A stretch of DNA of 64,000 bases, taken from the sequence record MN988522.1. One strand, given 5' to 3'. The position numbers were made by a program, and so were the translations under genes. Below are positions 19,032 through 28,825 of the stretch, piece by piece; within the stretch, counting starts at the first letter, position 1, and every line of letters begins with the position of its first letter. The notes beneath the pieces were generated by a model. That model saw only the letters and a program-made list of their open reading frames with translations, did no database searches and was not told where the DNA came from.

Positions 19032-20309
19032 TTATAGAGGAGCAAGTCTCACGTAGTTAGGTGGGACCCAATAAGGATCTAGCATAGGAGCCATAGCTGC
19101 AGCGAAGTATGGTGCCATGTTAGCATGATCTGTTTGCCCAGGGTGAATTGTATCTGACGGATACGAATTAGGATCTCCCTGATATGGTCTCATATCGATC
19201 GCAACATCACAATATCCATCAGCTCCTGATAGAATCCAATTGTTGTAATCATTCTTTACAGTATTCTGAGCACCTGTGAACGTTCCACGATTCAAGCAGC
19301 AGACTGCTACCATAAGTAGCGGGAGTCCATAAGGTCCGATTGTATTCTTAACTGCAGTAGCAATTGAGATGAAGTCAGCTTTGATCGCTGCTAATGTTCT
19401 ATTTGCTGCAATATCGTTAGTAATACATTGTAGAATTACACAAGTTAGCAGGTCAAGATTGACCCATTGAAGAGGAGCGAGTGCAGGAGTCTGAAGTTGC
19501 ATTTTATTAGCATCAACAGCAGCAAACTGCCATACAAACGTCTCTCCATTAATATTATTTAATCCACGTTTGATGTAACCACCAGTCGTTCCTGTATTGG
19601 TATCATTGAGATACTGAGCAATACTGTCACCGATGACTCTACAAGCAGCCATAGGAACATCAGGAATTCCTGTAATCATCCATGGCCATACAGCGTTACC
19701 TCCACCAGATCCAGATGCATTCATAGCACCTACGCTATTAACCTGAGCACCACCTACTGTACGAAATCCTTGTGATGATGGGCCAACCATGTTGACACCA
19801 TTAATATTGTCAAGCGCTGGATCGAATACTCCAGTCGTAGCATTCTTTACAGTTCTAGTACCTCTGGTGAAGATCTGACTATTAGCAAGAGCAAATGCTC
19901 CAACAATATTGTCAGTTTCAATCAATCCACCACTGACTAGATCTTTAGATATCGCACCACTATAGGTTGCAGGATACGTAGTTGATCCAATTTCAATTGC
20001 ACGCCTCCAGATACTTGTAGCAGCAGGAGATGCAACTTCTGCTCCAGATCCAGGTGTCAGTCTTGCTTGTATATCCTGAATTCTAAGATCTTTAATATTA
20101 GCTCGCCCGATTTTATGAGCATTTCTAACTTGGTTAGCAGTATACGATCCACCTGAAGCCATTAATGATGGAGCTAGGTTAGGAGTTGCGCACCAACTAG
20201 CTACAAGTTGTCTTTTAGTAGGTGTAGGTCGAACTAAAGGTCGATTATTGTTGCGAGGATTTATTAAGATTAATTTTGACTTCAATAATCTGGTTTTAGA
20301 GATTGCCAT
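19032..20309 (-). CDS. SGNH/GDSL hydrolase-domain virion-associated protein
   Basis: VIGDSIA, ITNDI, SDTIHPG catalytic blocks. Confidence 0.8.
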   Translation of the reverse strand: MAISKTRLLKSKLILINPRNNNRPLVRPTPTKRQLVASWCATPNLAPSLMASGGSYTANQVRNAHKIGRANIKDLRIQDIQARLTPGSGAEVASPAATSIWRRAIEIGSTTYPATYSGAISKDLVSGGLIETDNIVGAFALANSQIFTRGTRTVKNATTGVFDPALDNINGVNMVGPSSQGFRTVGGAQVNSVGAMNASGSGGGNAVWPWMITGIPDVPMAACRVIGDSIAQYLNDTNTGTTGGYIKRGLNNINGETFVWQFAAVDANKMQLQTPALAPLQWVNLDLLTCVILQCITNDIAANRTLAAIKADFISIATAVKNTIGPYGLPLLMVAVCCLNRGTFTGAQNTVKNDYNNWILSGADGYCDVAIDMRPYQGDPNSYPSDTIHPGQTDHANMAPYFAAAMAPMLDPYWVPPNYVRLAPL

Positions 20310-20334
20310 AATGCTATCCTTAATGAGATATAAA

Positions 20335-20366
20335 TGTTAGTAGGTGAAATTTTCCACCTACTAACA
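20335..20366 (-). terminator. Intergenic hairpin
   Basis: TGTTAGTAGGTG / CACCTACTAACA 12-bp stem followed by TTTAT on the minus strand. Confidence 0.65.
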
Positions 20367-20380
20367 GATTTGAGAGTCTA

Positions 20381-22741
20381 TTAACTCTGTATGTATCTCC
20401 AGCAATATCCGTCATCATAACGAGCAGGTACAGCTACTGTTGCTCCATTTGAGAGCGTATAAACTACAGCACATGATACAGTTGGTGTGTTACGATATGT
20501 TGGCATATTCGGATTAACAACTTGTCCAGCAGGAATAATGAACGTCAATCCTGTTTCATTAAGGACTTTCTGGTCATTAATTAGCCATTGAACAACAGAT
20601 GTTGCTCCAGCAATTTCAGGAACAGTCACTGTCAGAGTAGATCCTGCAGTCATCGTACCAGAGATTGTAGGTTTAACTACAGGATCAGTAGTCGTTACTG
20701 AATTAACGAAATTAGGACCCTTCGTGAATGCAGGGTAGTCTGGTGTGACGAATGTACCACTAGCGTTTGTATAACCGGTAGCTGCTCCACCACTTCCTGA
20801 GAATCCATTATTGTTATTCTGTTCAGCGATATTGTCTGTAACGAACCCTGTTGCAGGACGGTCTTGCTTGAAGAATGCTTTATTCTTACGCGTATGGTTA
20901 TAAAGGATTTCATAGTCCATACGCTGCCATCCACCGTCTGGGTCATCATATCCAGATAGTGCCATAGCAAACCAGTTACCTTCGATACGATTGAAAATCC
21001 ATCGTTGATCACGAGTATGAATGATTGCACCAGTACCGATACCGAATGAGTTATCATTCAATATAGCACCACGAAGATAGTTATCACGTACGGTAACGAG
21101 ACTTGATAGTGATGACAAGCAGAAGTAGTTACCTTCACAGTCGTTACGTTCGAATAGAACTCTACTTGCACCTTCAATAACGCAGTTACCTTTAAGAGCA
21201 TTCGAAAGTACTGAGTGTCTGAAGATATTGTCTGAGACTTCTACGTCAGCAGGTTCCATACCAGACTTGCGTTCGGAGGTGATCTGAAGATTATCTGCTC
21301 CAGTACCTGTAGGAATACCAAACTTACACCAACGAACTCGACCTTGTCTCCATTTACGGAGATACATTCCGTCACCGTCAATACCATCAACAAGTGTACA
21401 ATGATAGATATTACTATTAACGAATCCATGTAAGTAGATACCGTTACCGTACTGACTATTCTTCTCAATCTGGAGTCGCAAGAATGTACTTCCTGTACCA
21501 TCCGTAAGACTGATCGCTCGTTGTGTGCCAGTAATCTTCAGATCTTTAAGAATAACGTTAGTTAATGTACCAGATACTGATGCACCAATTGCAAATCCAC
21601 TTGGAACTGTGGTTATAAAGTGAGGAGGTGGTTGTGAAGGGTCACCATAAGCTTGAATTGTTGTATAATTGCGAAGTGCGTGACCTGTTGTAGTCGTAGG
21701 AGTATCGTAAACAGTACCACGCTTATACATCGTGATATATGTACTGAAAACGTCTGCTCCTCGAATACCATTAGCCTTACCAAAGGTCTTGAATGGAGTA
21801 GCAGGAGTCTTACCATTGTTAAGACTATCGTCACCATTGACACTATCAACGAAGTAGGTTCTTGTTAGTCCAGCAGTCGGTACAAGAGTAATAGGAACAA
21901 TTGTGCTCTGACTTCCAGCAATATTAGATGCTGTGATCGTTACATAATAAGTTCCTGCAGCTTTTGCTGAATTGACAAGAGTGATCATACCTGTACTTGC
22001 ATCAATAGCAAAATCAACATCATCAATTGAATAAGTGACTGCAGGTTTAGGTGAATTCAATGCAAGGACACGTCCTACACTCGTACCAGATGCAGCACCT
22101 TGAGTTATATACATATAACCTAGGTATCCATACTTACCATTCTTCTCACTATCAACCCATGTCGTATAAGAAGGAGGCATCTGAGGAGCTTCATTAGGCT
22201 TATCTGTAGTAACACTAATCGTATTACTGATGATTTCGATGAATCCACTAGCTACCGTACCAGCAGTTACACGGAATTGATAAGTACCATCTTCTAACAC
22301 GTCTTGGAATACGTGAGTAGAATTACCAGAAATATCTGACAATTCTGAACCGTCAACGATCCATTCTGTATTACCGAAAACTCTATATTCATAAACTATG
22401 ATTCTATCATTGACAGGAGCGCCATTCTCTAGATATAGATTAGAACTAAGAGTAGGGTGGATAGTATTTTGCGGACTAGTACCTGTAATTTTTAGACGTG
22501 CCAAGGAGATCTCCATATCTGTAACTTTAGGAATATTGATTTTGTCGTATTCACGAGCTTTAATCTCAACACTTCCTGGTGGTAAATTTGAGAACGATAC
22601 AGACCAGTCCCCATTCTCGTCTGCTACGATAGAATAAGTATTTGATCCTATCGTACCCTTAACGCGCTTCCCAGGAGTAGCTTTACCATGGACTGTTGCA
22701 GTATTACCTGAAGCATTTTTAGATGTAATTGATATAGCCAT
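20381..22741 (-). CDS. Right-handed beta-helix (pectate-lyase-like) putative depolymerase with Ig/cadherin-like domains
   Basis: YFVDSVNGDDS..GKTPATPFKT start motif then Asn-ladder repeats; N-terminal Ig-like and cadherin-like (YSIDDVDFAIDASTGMITL) domains. Confidence 0.7.
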   Translation of the reverse strand: MAISITSKNASGNTATVHGKATPGKRVKGTIGSNTYSIVADENGDWSVSFSNLPPGSVEIKAREYDKINIPKVTDMEISLARLKITGTSPQNTIHPTLSSNLYLENGAPVNDRIIVYEYRVFGNTEWIVDGSELSDISGNSTHVFQDVLEDGTYQFRVTAGTVASGFIEIISNTISVTTDKPNEAPQMPPSYTTWVDSEKNGKYGYLGYMYITQGAASGTSVGRVLALNSPKPAVTYSIDDVDFAIDASTGMITLVNSAKAAGTYYVTITASNIAGSQSTIVPITLVPTAGLTRTYFVDSVNGDDSLNNGKTPATPFKTFGKANGIRGADVFSTYITMYKRGTVYDTPTTTTGHALRNYTTIQAYGDPSQPPPHFITTVPSGFAIGASVSGTLTNVILKDLKITGTQRAISLTDGTGSTFLRLQIEKNSQYGNGIYLHGFVNSNIYHCTLVDGIDGDGMYLRKWRQGRVRWCKFGIPTGTGADNLQITSERKSGMEPADVEVSDNIFRHSVLSNALKGNCVIEGASRVLFERNDCEGNYFCLSSLSSLVTVRDNYLRGAILNDNSFGIGTGAIIHTRDQRWIFNRIEGNWFAMALSGYDDPDGGWQRMDYEILYNHTRKNKAFFKQDRPATGFVTDNIAEQNNNNGFSGSGGAATGYTNASGTFVTPDYPAFTKGPNFVNSVTTTDPVVKPTISGTMTAGSTLTVTVPEIAGATSVVQWLINDQKVLNETGLTFIIPAGQVVNPNMPTYRNTPTVSCAVVYTLSNGATVAVPARYDDGYCWRYIQS

Positions 22742-22747
22742 CTTATG

Positions 22748-24223
22748 TTATCCATGACTCTTAAGTTCAACTGTAATAAGCATACTATCTGTACCGCTAT
22801 TAGTGAATGCTGACTGCGGATCTGTATTAACAGGTCCATTAGTATCATAAACTGCTAGTCTTGATGTAGACGATGAGTTAGTATGGTCTTGTCTGACTGT
22901 CCATGAAGCTCCTATACTACCTAACGTGGTACTACGGATAGCAGCCATACAAATCAACCATGAGGTACTATCAGTATTCTGAAGTGCCATAACATCAGCA
23001 TTCTTACGCGTAGTTCCTGAAGCTGCGAATACAGTATTAATTGCACCTATTGGTGCAGCATTGTTTGCACCTCTATACACCATTACTACAGTATCTGTAG
23101 CACTTGTTGAAACGATAGAAGGTTCTGAGCTAGTAGCAGCCACCTTCCAGAAGACTCTACCTAGATAACCACCAGCACTTAAGAAAGCACTAGTAGCAGT
23201 CCAACCTGAAGGTAGTGTGAATGTTCCTCCATCACGGAATACACATGCTACAAATAGGTCACCCGCTTGGTGAGTAGGCATAGCTACAGTAGAAACACCC
23301 ATTGCAGATGATACGAACGTAATTGCATCATCGATCGTAATAGAGTCGAGTGCTTCTTCACCTACTGGAAAGTCAGTAACCATCAAGTCAGCTAGATTGT
23401 AGCTACCTGCTGGTAGATCTTCTGTGTATGTATAAGTCCAATCACCTTCTGCATCTGTAACTGCTGTGCCATTTTCTGTACCACTAGGCATAAGGAAGTG
23501 AATCGTAAGACCTGATACACCTGTATTTGATCGAACGTAACCTGTTAATGTAGGTCTAGTATTCGTTGTGATATTACCTGAAGAAACCGGTACACCGTCA
23601 ATCGCAGATAGGTACAGACCTTCTACTTCAGTAGCTGTAATCAAAATTGTCAATGTTCTACCTGCTGTCGTAGTAACAAGTAGTTCAGTCGACCCTACTG
23701 TTACTGGACTCTCTCCTTTAAGAATTCTATTAGTAGTATCACTGAATGTGAATCGGCCATCATCTGGAGAGATGCTAAAGATCTTCTCATCAGCACCTAT
23801 ATCAAGACCTGTCAAGGTAGCGATAGTTGTTCCTTCGAGATCGTCAATGGTAAGAGTACCAGTAGTAGGTCCTAATACACCTTCGATCGTATTAACAACG
23901 TTAATTGTAAAGGTACGGATAACAGGAAAATCTATTCCGTTATCAGCTTGAATCGTGACTGTGTGTGAACTATTAGTTTCAAAATCTAATGAGCCACTAA
24001 GTCGTAGAGTTTTATTAACTAGAGAGAATTTGTTGTCTGGATCATCAATTTTAGTAAAGATATAATTAGCTTGTCCACCTGTAATTGACAGATGTCCAAT
24101 GACTGAATTATTCAAAGAATTCTCGAATATTGTAGCATTAGAAAGATAAATTGTACCAGGCAGTCTCGTAGATTTAACGATACTGTTACCGAGAATTCTA
24201 ATAAATTTCTTGGATATAGTCAT
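22748..24223 (-). CDS. Cadherin/Ig-like repeat virion protein
   Basis: Cadherin-like LDFETNSSHTVTIQA, Ig-like NTRPTLTG, C-terminal beta domain. Start placed at MTISKK (24223) behind GGAGG; 24247 is an alternative. Confidence 0.65.
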   Translation of the reverse strand: MTISKKFIRILGNSIVKSTRLPGTIYLSNATIFENSLNNSVIGHLSITGGQANYIFTKIDDPDNKFSLVNKTLRLSGSLDFETNSSHTVTIQADNGIDFPVIRTFTINVVNTIEGVLGPTTGTLTIDDLEGTTIATLTGLDIGADEKIFSISPDDGRFTFSDTTNRILKGESPVTVGSTELLVTTTAGRTLTILITATEVEGLYLSAIDGVPVSSGNITTNTRPTLTGYVRSNTGVSGLTIHFLMPSGTENGTAVTDAEGDWTYTYTEDLPAGSYNLADLMVTDFPVGEEALDSITIDDAITFVSSAMGVSTVAMPTHQAGDLFVACVFRDGGTFTLPSGWTATSAFLSAGGYLGRVFWKVAATSSEPSIVSTSATDTVVMVYRGANNAAPIGAINTVFAASGTTRKNADVMALQNTDSTSWLICMAAIRSTTLGSIGASWTVRQDHTNSSSTSRLAVYDTNGPVNTDPQSAFTNSGTDSMLITVELKSHG

Positions 24224-24254
24224 TTCAGGTATCTTACCTCCGAACATAGAATAG

Positions 24255-24285
24255 TGACGCTACTTACATCGTGTAAGTAGCGTCA
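24255..24285. terminator. Perfect intergenic hairpin
   Basis: TGACGCTACTTACA-TCG-TGTAAGTAGCGTCA, 14-bp perfect stem. Confidence 0.6.
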
Positions 24286-24291
24286 TATTAC

Positions 24292-24957
24292 TTACACTTC
24301 GATGGTATGAAGAGTTACCTTATAAACTTCGCTATTAGCTGCAGGTGTATAAGCTCCAGCAGTAACAAGATAAGCGAATAGATCTGTACCTGTGGTACGA
24401 ATCTGCTTACCAATGTTATTAACTTCGACGTATAGAGTTGAACCGATCAGAACAGGCGTACCTAGATCGACGTATCCAAGGAATGATGGACGATCAGTTG
24501 CATCGAATACGAATGCTCCATTATCTGCAACAGCAGATCCTGGTGTTGCACTGTAAAGATATAGTCTGAAAGAAGTCATACCTGCTGGAACAGATGCAAT
24601 ATCGAGTTCCAGCTGTGTACCTGTAACAAGGAGAGCTCCTGCAGCAGATCTTACAGCAGCAAATGTAAGAGGTCCACCTACAACGTCGTTAGCAGCATAT
24701 GCGTTCATATCTGCAGGACGTGTAATAGTTAGAGCAACATCCTTAGCAGATGATGTCTGGTTGACAGGTAGAGTATCCTGGTTACTTGCGAGAACTACAG
24801 GTAGAGATGCAGTCTTAGTCTGTTGACCAAACGTCAGATCTGCTGCTGCACCATCAGCTCCAATAGCTACCTTAATTCTTTGATAGAGTACGCCACCAAC
24901 ATCGTCAGCAGCGATTGTTGCACCATTACCTGGTGTTACACTCATATTATCAGCCAT
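24292..24957 (-). CDS. Putative virion structural protein
   Basis: TIAADDVGGVLYQRIK, SLPVVLAS and ITRPAD..AYAANDVVG motifs typical of phage structural proteins. Confidence 0.55.
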   Translation of the reverse strand: MADNMSVTPGNGATIAADDVGGVLYQRIKVAIGADGAAADLTFGQQTKTASLPVVLASNQDTLPVNQTSSAKDVALTITRPADMNAYAANDVVGGPLTFAAVRSAAGALLVTGTQLELDIASVPAGMTSFRLYLYSATPGSAVADNGAFVFDATDRPSFLGYVDLGTPVLIGSTLYVEVNNIGKQIRTTGTDLFAYLVTAGAYTPAANSEVYKVTLHTIEV

Positions 24958-24971
24958 TTTCGTATCCTAAT

Positions 24972-25283
24972 TTAGCTGTTTAACAATAGAAGACCACGGT
25001 ATGTGCTACCTGAGGTCGGTGGTGAAGTATTTTGACCTGCATAGGTCATGAGTAGTGTTAGTCCCATAGGACGTCCTACTCTATCATCTACAGGAGGCGT
25101 GTCACCTGCTGTATAAGTCAATAACAATAGAAGTCCTAGAGACTTACCTGTTAAACTCGGATCTGGCGGATCAGGAGGATCTACAGGCGTTCCAGGACTA
25201 TCAATTGTAGTCGAAGAGTATTGGTAGCCGTAACTGAACACTCCTTTGACTCCTTGGAATTCGTTAAATATAACGCCAACCAT
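24972..25283 (-). CDS. Small Pro-rich protein with three GL-hydrophobic motifs
   Basis: GKSLGLLLLLTY, GRPMGLTLLMTY and YRGLLLLNS separated by Pro-rich linkers. Confidence 0.55.
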   Translation of the reverse strand: MVGVIFNEFQGVKGVFSYGYQYSSTTIDSPGTPVDPPDPPDPSLTGKSLGLLLLLTYTAGDTPPVDDRVGRPMGLTLLMTYAGQNTSPPTSGSTYRGLLLLNS

Positions 25284-25323
25284 CTTATGTCCTACTCAGA
25301 GATTTGAATCTCTATAAGATTCA

Positions 25324-25665
25324 TTAGTCGTGTTCTACGTGAATTTCGACACCAGTACCTACAACTGATACAATTCTTCTAACAAATTTTGGTAGAATCC
25401 ATGCTCCTTGTGGACGTTTATATGTCTGAGGCTCACTATCTTCATTACTGATTGGGACTACAGTGATTTCAGCTACGATACCCGATGGAACATAGATATC
25501 CAATGCCTTACCATAAATTGGTAATTCTTTATTACCTATCATTTCCGATGTAAGTAGATATGATTTTGTAGACTGATGAGTTCTTCTCTTCTCACCAAGG
25601 TTGTAGAGATTAGACTCTCTATCGCTATACCAACCAGATGGATCTTTTTCTATGTCGTAAGGCAT
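25324..25665 (-). CDS. Putative head-spike base protein (RcGTA Rcc01079-like)
   Basis: KALDIYVPSG..EITV..QGAWILPKFVRRIVS resembles the Rcc01079-type pattern; recognised by eye only. Confidence 0.4.
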   Translation of the reverse strand: MPYDIEKDPSGWYSDRESNLYNLGEKRRTHQSTKSYLLTSEMIGNKELPIYGKALDIYVPSGIVAEITVVPISNEDSEPQTYKRPQGAWILPKFVRRIVSVVGTGVEIHVEHD

Positions 25666-25680
25666 CGAATCTATTCCGTA

Positions 25681-26265
25681 TCACTGATTAAAATATTTTA
25701 TGACACCATCGTAGATTGCATCTGCAACAAAGTCATGTTTATCATTAGCAATATACTTATCACAGTCTTTAATTGAAGAGATGTAATAAGGTTCAATAAT
25801 TGCACTAGGCGCATTAATCTTACTCAAGAAGAGATCGATCTTAGGTTTAAAGTCAACTTTAAATTTGTTGCTTTCTACCATAGATGGAGACATCTTCTTA
25901 AACCATCCTACCCATGCCCCTCTATTGTGAGATCCTAGCATTCTCACACATGACTCTAATAGATTTTCAGCGAGCTTTTTAGATGAATCTTTGTGCATCA
26001 TAAAGAAAGCTCGACTGCCATCAGTCTTGGTATTGTTAGTATTACCAAGATGAACTTCGATAGCTAGATCCGGATTGATTTCGTTGATGCGAGTAACCTT
26101 GTCTAAAAGCTTACCTTCAACAACGTGAATCTGGTAAATCGACGGATCGAACTTAAGTTTTAATTGATCTACAATTTTGACTACTTCGTCGTATTCGACG
26201 TAGCCATTTTTAGATACTCCACGATAATTCTCATAATGACCAGGACTGATGGCAATAACCTTCAT
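25681..26265 (-). CDS. N-acetylmuramoyl-L-alanine amidase (Amidase_3)
   Basis: IAISPGH, VEYD, IEVHLG, SAIIEPYY zinc/catalytic pattern. Confidence 0.8.
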   Translation of the reverse strand: MKVIAISPGHYENYRGVSKNGYVEYDEVVKIVDQLKLKFDPSIYQIHVVEGKLLDKVTRINEINPDLAIEVHLGNTNNTKTDGSRAFFMMHKDSSKKLAENLLESCVRMLGSHNRGAWVGWFKKMSPSMVESNKFKVDFKPKIDLFLSKINAPSAIIEPYYISSIKDCDKYIANDKHDFVADAIYDGVIKYFNQ

Positions 26266-26274
26266 TTTATATCT

Positions 26275-26577
26275 CTACTTTTTCTTCTTGTGACGGTATG
26301 CGTCTAATTGTGTTTCTAATCTACCAGCGTAGTTAGAAAGAATTTCTATAGACATTAATGCAGCTTTAGCTACACTAGGTGAACTTGTATCGAAGTCTTC
26401 AGTACTTAAACTTGTGATAGGTAGCTTAGGTCTGACATTCTTAGGTGGCTCAGGCCAGTCTTGTACAACGACTTTCTCGATGACCTTGACTGGAGGCGGG
26501 AGAGGCGTCCGTGACTTGCTCGTACTTACACAAGAACTCAGAAGAATTACAGGAATCATTGCATATACGTACTTCAT
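26275..26577 (-). CDS. Outer-membrane spanin (o-spanin)
   Basis: Lipobox LLSSC after a hydrophobic leader; Pro-rich; ATGA overlap with the i-spanin stop. Confidence 0.8.
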   Translation of the reverse strand: MKYVYAMIPVILLSSCVSTSKSRTPLPPPVKVIEKVVVQDWPEPPKNVRPKLPITSLSTEDFDTSSPSVAKAALMSIEILSNYAGRLETQLDAYRHKKKK

Positions 26578-27005
26578 TGTCCTGATTCCCACTTATTACC
26601 TAGCTTATTACCCTCTTCTTTGAGCCATTTCATAGATTCTTGACAAGAATTGCCAATAACTGCTGAAGATAGTTCACTTAGAAGGTGATTATGCTCGATA
26701 TCTTTCTTATTAATGACCGTTTCAGAGTCTTCGAGATTCTTCATAAGATCTCTCTTATTCGCCTCAAGAGCGCTGATTTTCTCGTTATTAAGAGTGACAA
26801 CTTCTGACATTTGATTGTAAGAATTCTGCCACTGTTTGATAGCTTCATCTTTGATTTCAATCGTCATAGCAGAATTAACTAATTGAGTCTTAAGACTCTT
26901 AATTTCGATATGACAGTAATAAAGATAAAGTCCAAGAATTGCTACGACGAACAGTCCAATAATTTTAGTTAGATTGTTTGTCAGAAGGGTTGCTAGTATA
27001 CTCAT
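26574..27005 (-). CDS. Inner-membrane spanin (i-spanin)
   Basis: N-terminal TM helix followed by a coiled coil; directly upstream of the o-spanin. Confidence 0.75.
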   Translation of the reverse strand: MSILATLLTNNLTKIIGLFVVAILGLYLYYCHIEIKSLKTQLVNSAMTIEIKDEAIKQWQNSYNQMSEVVTLNNEKISALEANKRDLMKNLEDSETVINKKDIEHNHLLSELSSAVIGNSCQESMKWLKEEGNKLGNKWESGQ

Positions 27006-27354
27006 CTGTTGGAGAACCTCTAAAATCTAAATATTTCTTCCCGAGTACTTCTACCATGAAGATTGACATATAAATTGTCATAAACCATTCTGTGAGTTTA
27101 TCATTTAAGACAAGAAATATGAAAGCCCATGTAGATACTACTGTTGCCAGAAGCATACGAATCTTCGAACCACTTAATTTGTTATCCTGAGGATCAACAA
27201 TTAAATCTGTAAGATCGATGTTAGGATACTTTCTGGATGAATGCAATTTGAGGATAACCATGATAGCTACCACAAGAACTACAACGAGACTGAATGCTCG
27301 CTCTGACATCCACCCAGAGATGTCATGAATTAAATTGAATAGTGCGTCATCCAT
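26965..27354 (-). CDS. Putative holin
   Basis: Three hydrophobic segments, charged C-terminus, lysis-cassette context. Confidence 0.55.
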   Translation of the reverse strand: MDDALFNLIHDISGWMSERAFSLVVVLVVAIMVILKLHSSRKYPNIDLTDLIVDPQDNKLSGSKIRMLLATVVSTWAFIFLVLNDKLTEWFMTIYMSIFMVEVLGKKYLDFRGSPTDEYTSNPSDKQSN

Positions 27355-27362
27355 AATAGTTC

Positions 27363-28142
27363 CTATGAATATTTCTCCTTGAGAGTTTTCATGGAGATCA
27401 TTTGATGGTCGATGATCTTACCTTCACCAACTCGTAATCTACAAATTCCGTATGTCCAACCAGTAGCACTTAGTCCAGCGTAGTGTTCAACTTCTCCATC
27501 AGGTAGAGAGGTGCCGACATTGAACACTTGAACAGATTGATTAGAACCAATCTTAGCTTCATGGTGAATACGGTGACGATGAGTGTGTCCTAGAACGACT
27601 GAGAAGAGAGTATCTCTTGCGATCGCTGCTTCGACATTCTTACCTTTATAAGGTACACCCATCGTATTGAATGGAACATGAGTAAATCCTACTCCACCTA
27701 AGAATAGAAATTTACCGTATGCGGATACATTAAAATTGTATCTGGCGTATAATTGCTCGATGAGAAGACCGAAATGACCACACTCCTTTGGTCTAGCTTT
27801 AGCTTCTCGATGAGCTCTGTCCTCGTGATTTCCTAGTGTAATATGGCGTTCGACTTCTGTATGAGATGGAGCTTCTTTATCAAACATATAAAGAGCTTCT
27901 TCACCAGCACTAATATCGTCCATAAAAGTTGGACGTTCAAGATCCTCTTTGGATCCAGGCAATTGATGCCTAGACAAACTATCGAGAGATAGAAAGTCAC
28001 CTATGCTAACAACACAGTCAGATGGATTGGCAGATAGATAACGACCGATCCAAGTCATTCTTTCATTGGATCTTTTGGGACTGACGTGAGCATCAGCGAT
28101 GACCACCACGTCTTGAGATTTGTCGTCAGTAGATTTAATCAC
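27363..28142 (-). CDS. Calcineurin-like metallophosphoesterase
   Basis: IADAH, IGDF, LGNHE, FTH, GHTH motifs; GTG start. Confidence 0.85.
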   Translation of the reverse strand: MIKSTDDKSQDVVVIADAHVSPKRSNERMTWIGRYLSANPSDCVVSIGDFLSLDSLSRHQLPGSKEDLERPTFMDDISAGEEALYMFDKEAPSHTEVERHITLGNHEDRAHREAKARPKECGHFGLLIEQLYARYNFNVSAYGKFLFLGGVGFTHVPFNTMGVPYKGKNVEAAIARDTLFSVVLGHTHRHRIHHEAKIGSNQSVQVFNVGTSLPDGEVEHYAGLSATGWTYGICRLRVGEGKIIDHQMISMKTLKEKYS

Positions 28143-28166
28143 GGAATAATCCTTAAGGAGACATTA

Positions 28167-28192
28167 GAGAGGTCACAAGAATGTGACCTCTC
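28167..28192. terminator. Intergenic hairpin after endolysin
   Basis: GAGAGGTCACA-AGAA-TGTGACCTCTC, 11-bp stem. Confidence 0.6.
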
Positions 28193-28206
28193 CCTCGTCA
28201 ATTCAA

Positions 28207-28812
28207 CTACGCAAGTACTGAATTAAACTTCTGAGCGTAAGTTGCTACATCTTTGGCTCGATCGAGACCATTGATGATTCTTCTTGCATTTACCCAGTCA
28301 GTTGTATTAGAGTTAAAGTAATTCTCTAGAGATACTCCTGTGAAGTCACCTCTAGTGCTCTGCCCCTTAGTCATTCCTTCAATCATGATTCTAGCAGCGA
28401 TCTTAGGATCCATTGCTAGTTCAGGATTGCCTACCAGATCAACTCCTAGGAGTTTACCCATATTTAAATAGTTATTGTACCATGTAAGTTGTACATATCC
28501 TCGTCCACAGTACTTAGCTCCATCGCCTGGATTTTTATTACCCATTTGAAGAGCTAACTTAGGACGAGTCCCCTTGATGTCGTACATCTTGGTATAATAA
28601 GCATTGCCACCATACTCCTTAACAGGGAGCATAGTCTTAGCAGTTTCATGATAAGCAGTTGCTAACATGTAAGCTGCCCATCTTGTATCTTCTACTTCAG
28701 CCTCGATTTCTCCAAGAATGAAGTTTAATCCATTAACTTGAGATTGAGTCAATGAAGTGAAGAGACCATTCTTCTTAATGCCATCGTAAAATTTTTCACG
28801 ATTGATTAACAT
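28207..28812 (-). CDS. Glycoside hydrolase family 19 endolysin
   Basis: AYMLATAYHET, GDGAKYCGRGYVQLTW..NY, NPELA, ARRIING. Confidence 0.9.
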   Translation of the reverse strand: MLINREKFYDGIKKNGLFTSLTQSQVNGLNFILGEIEAEVEDTRWAAYMLATAYHETAKTMLPVKEYGGNAYYTKMYDIKGTRPKLALQMGNKNPGDGAKYCGRGYVQLTWYNNYLNMGKLLGVDLVGNPELAMDPKIAARIMIEGMTKGQSTRGDFTGVSLENYFNSNTTDWVNARRIINGLDRAKDVATYAQKFNSVLA

Positions 28813-28825
28813 ATTGCACCTATCG

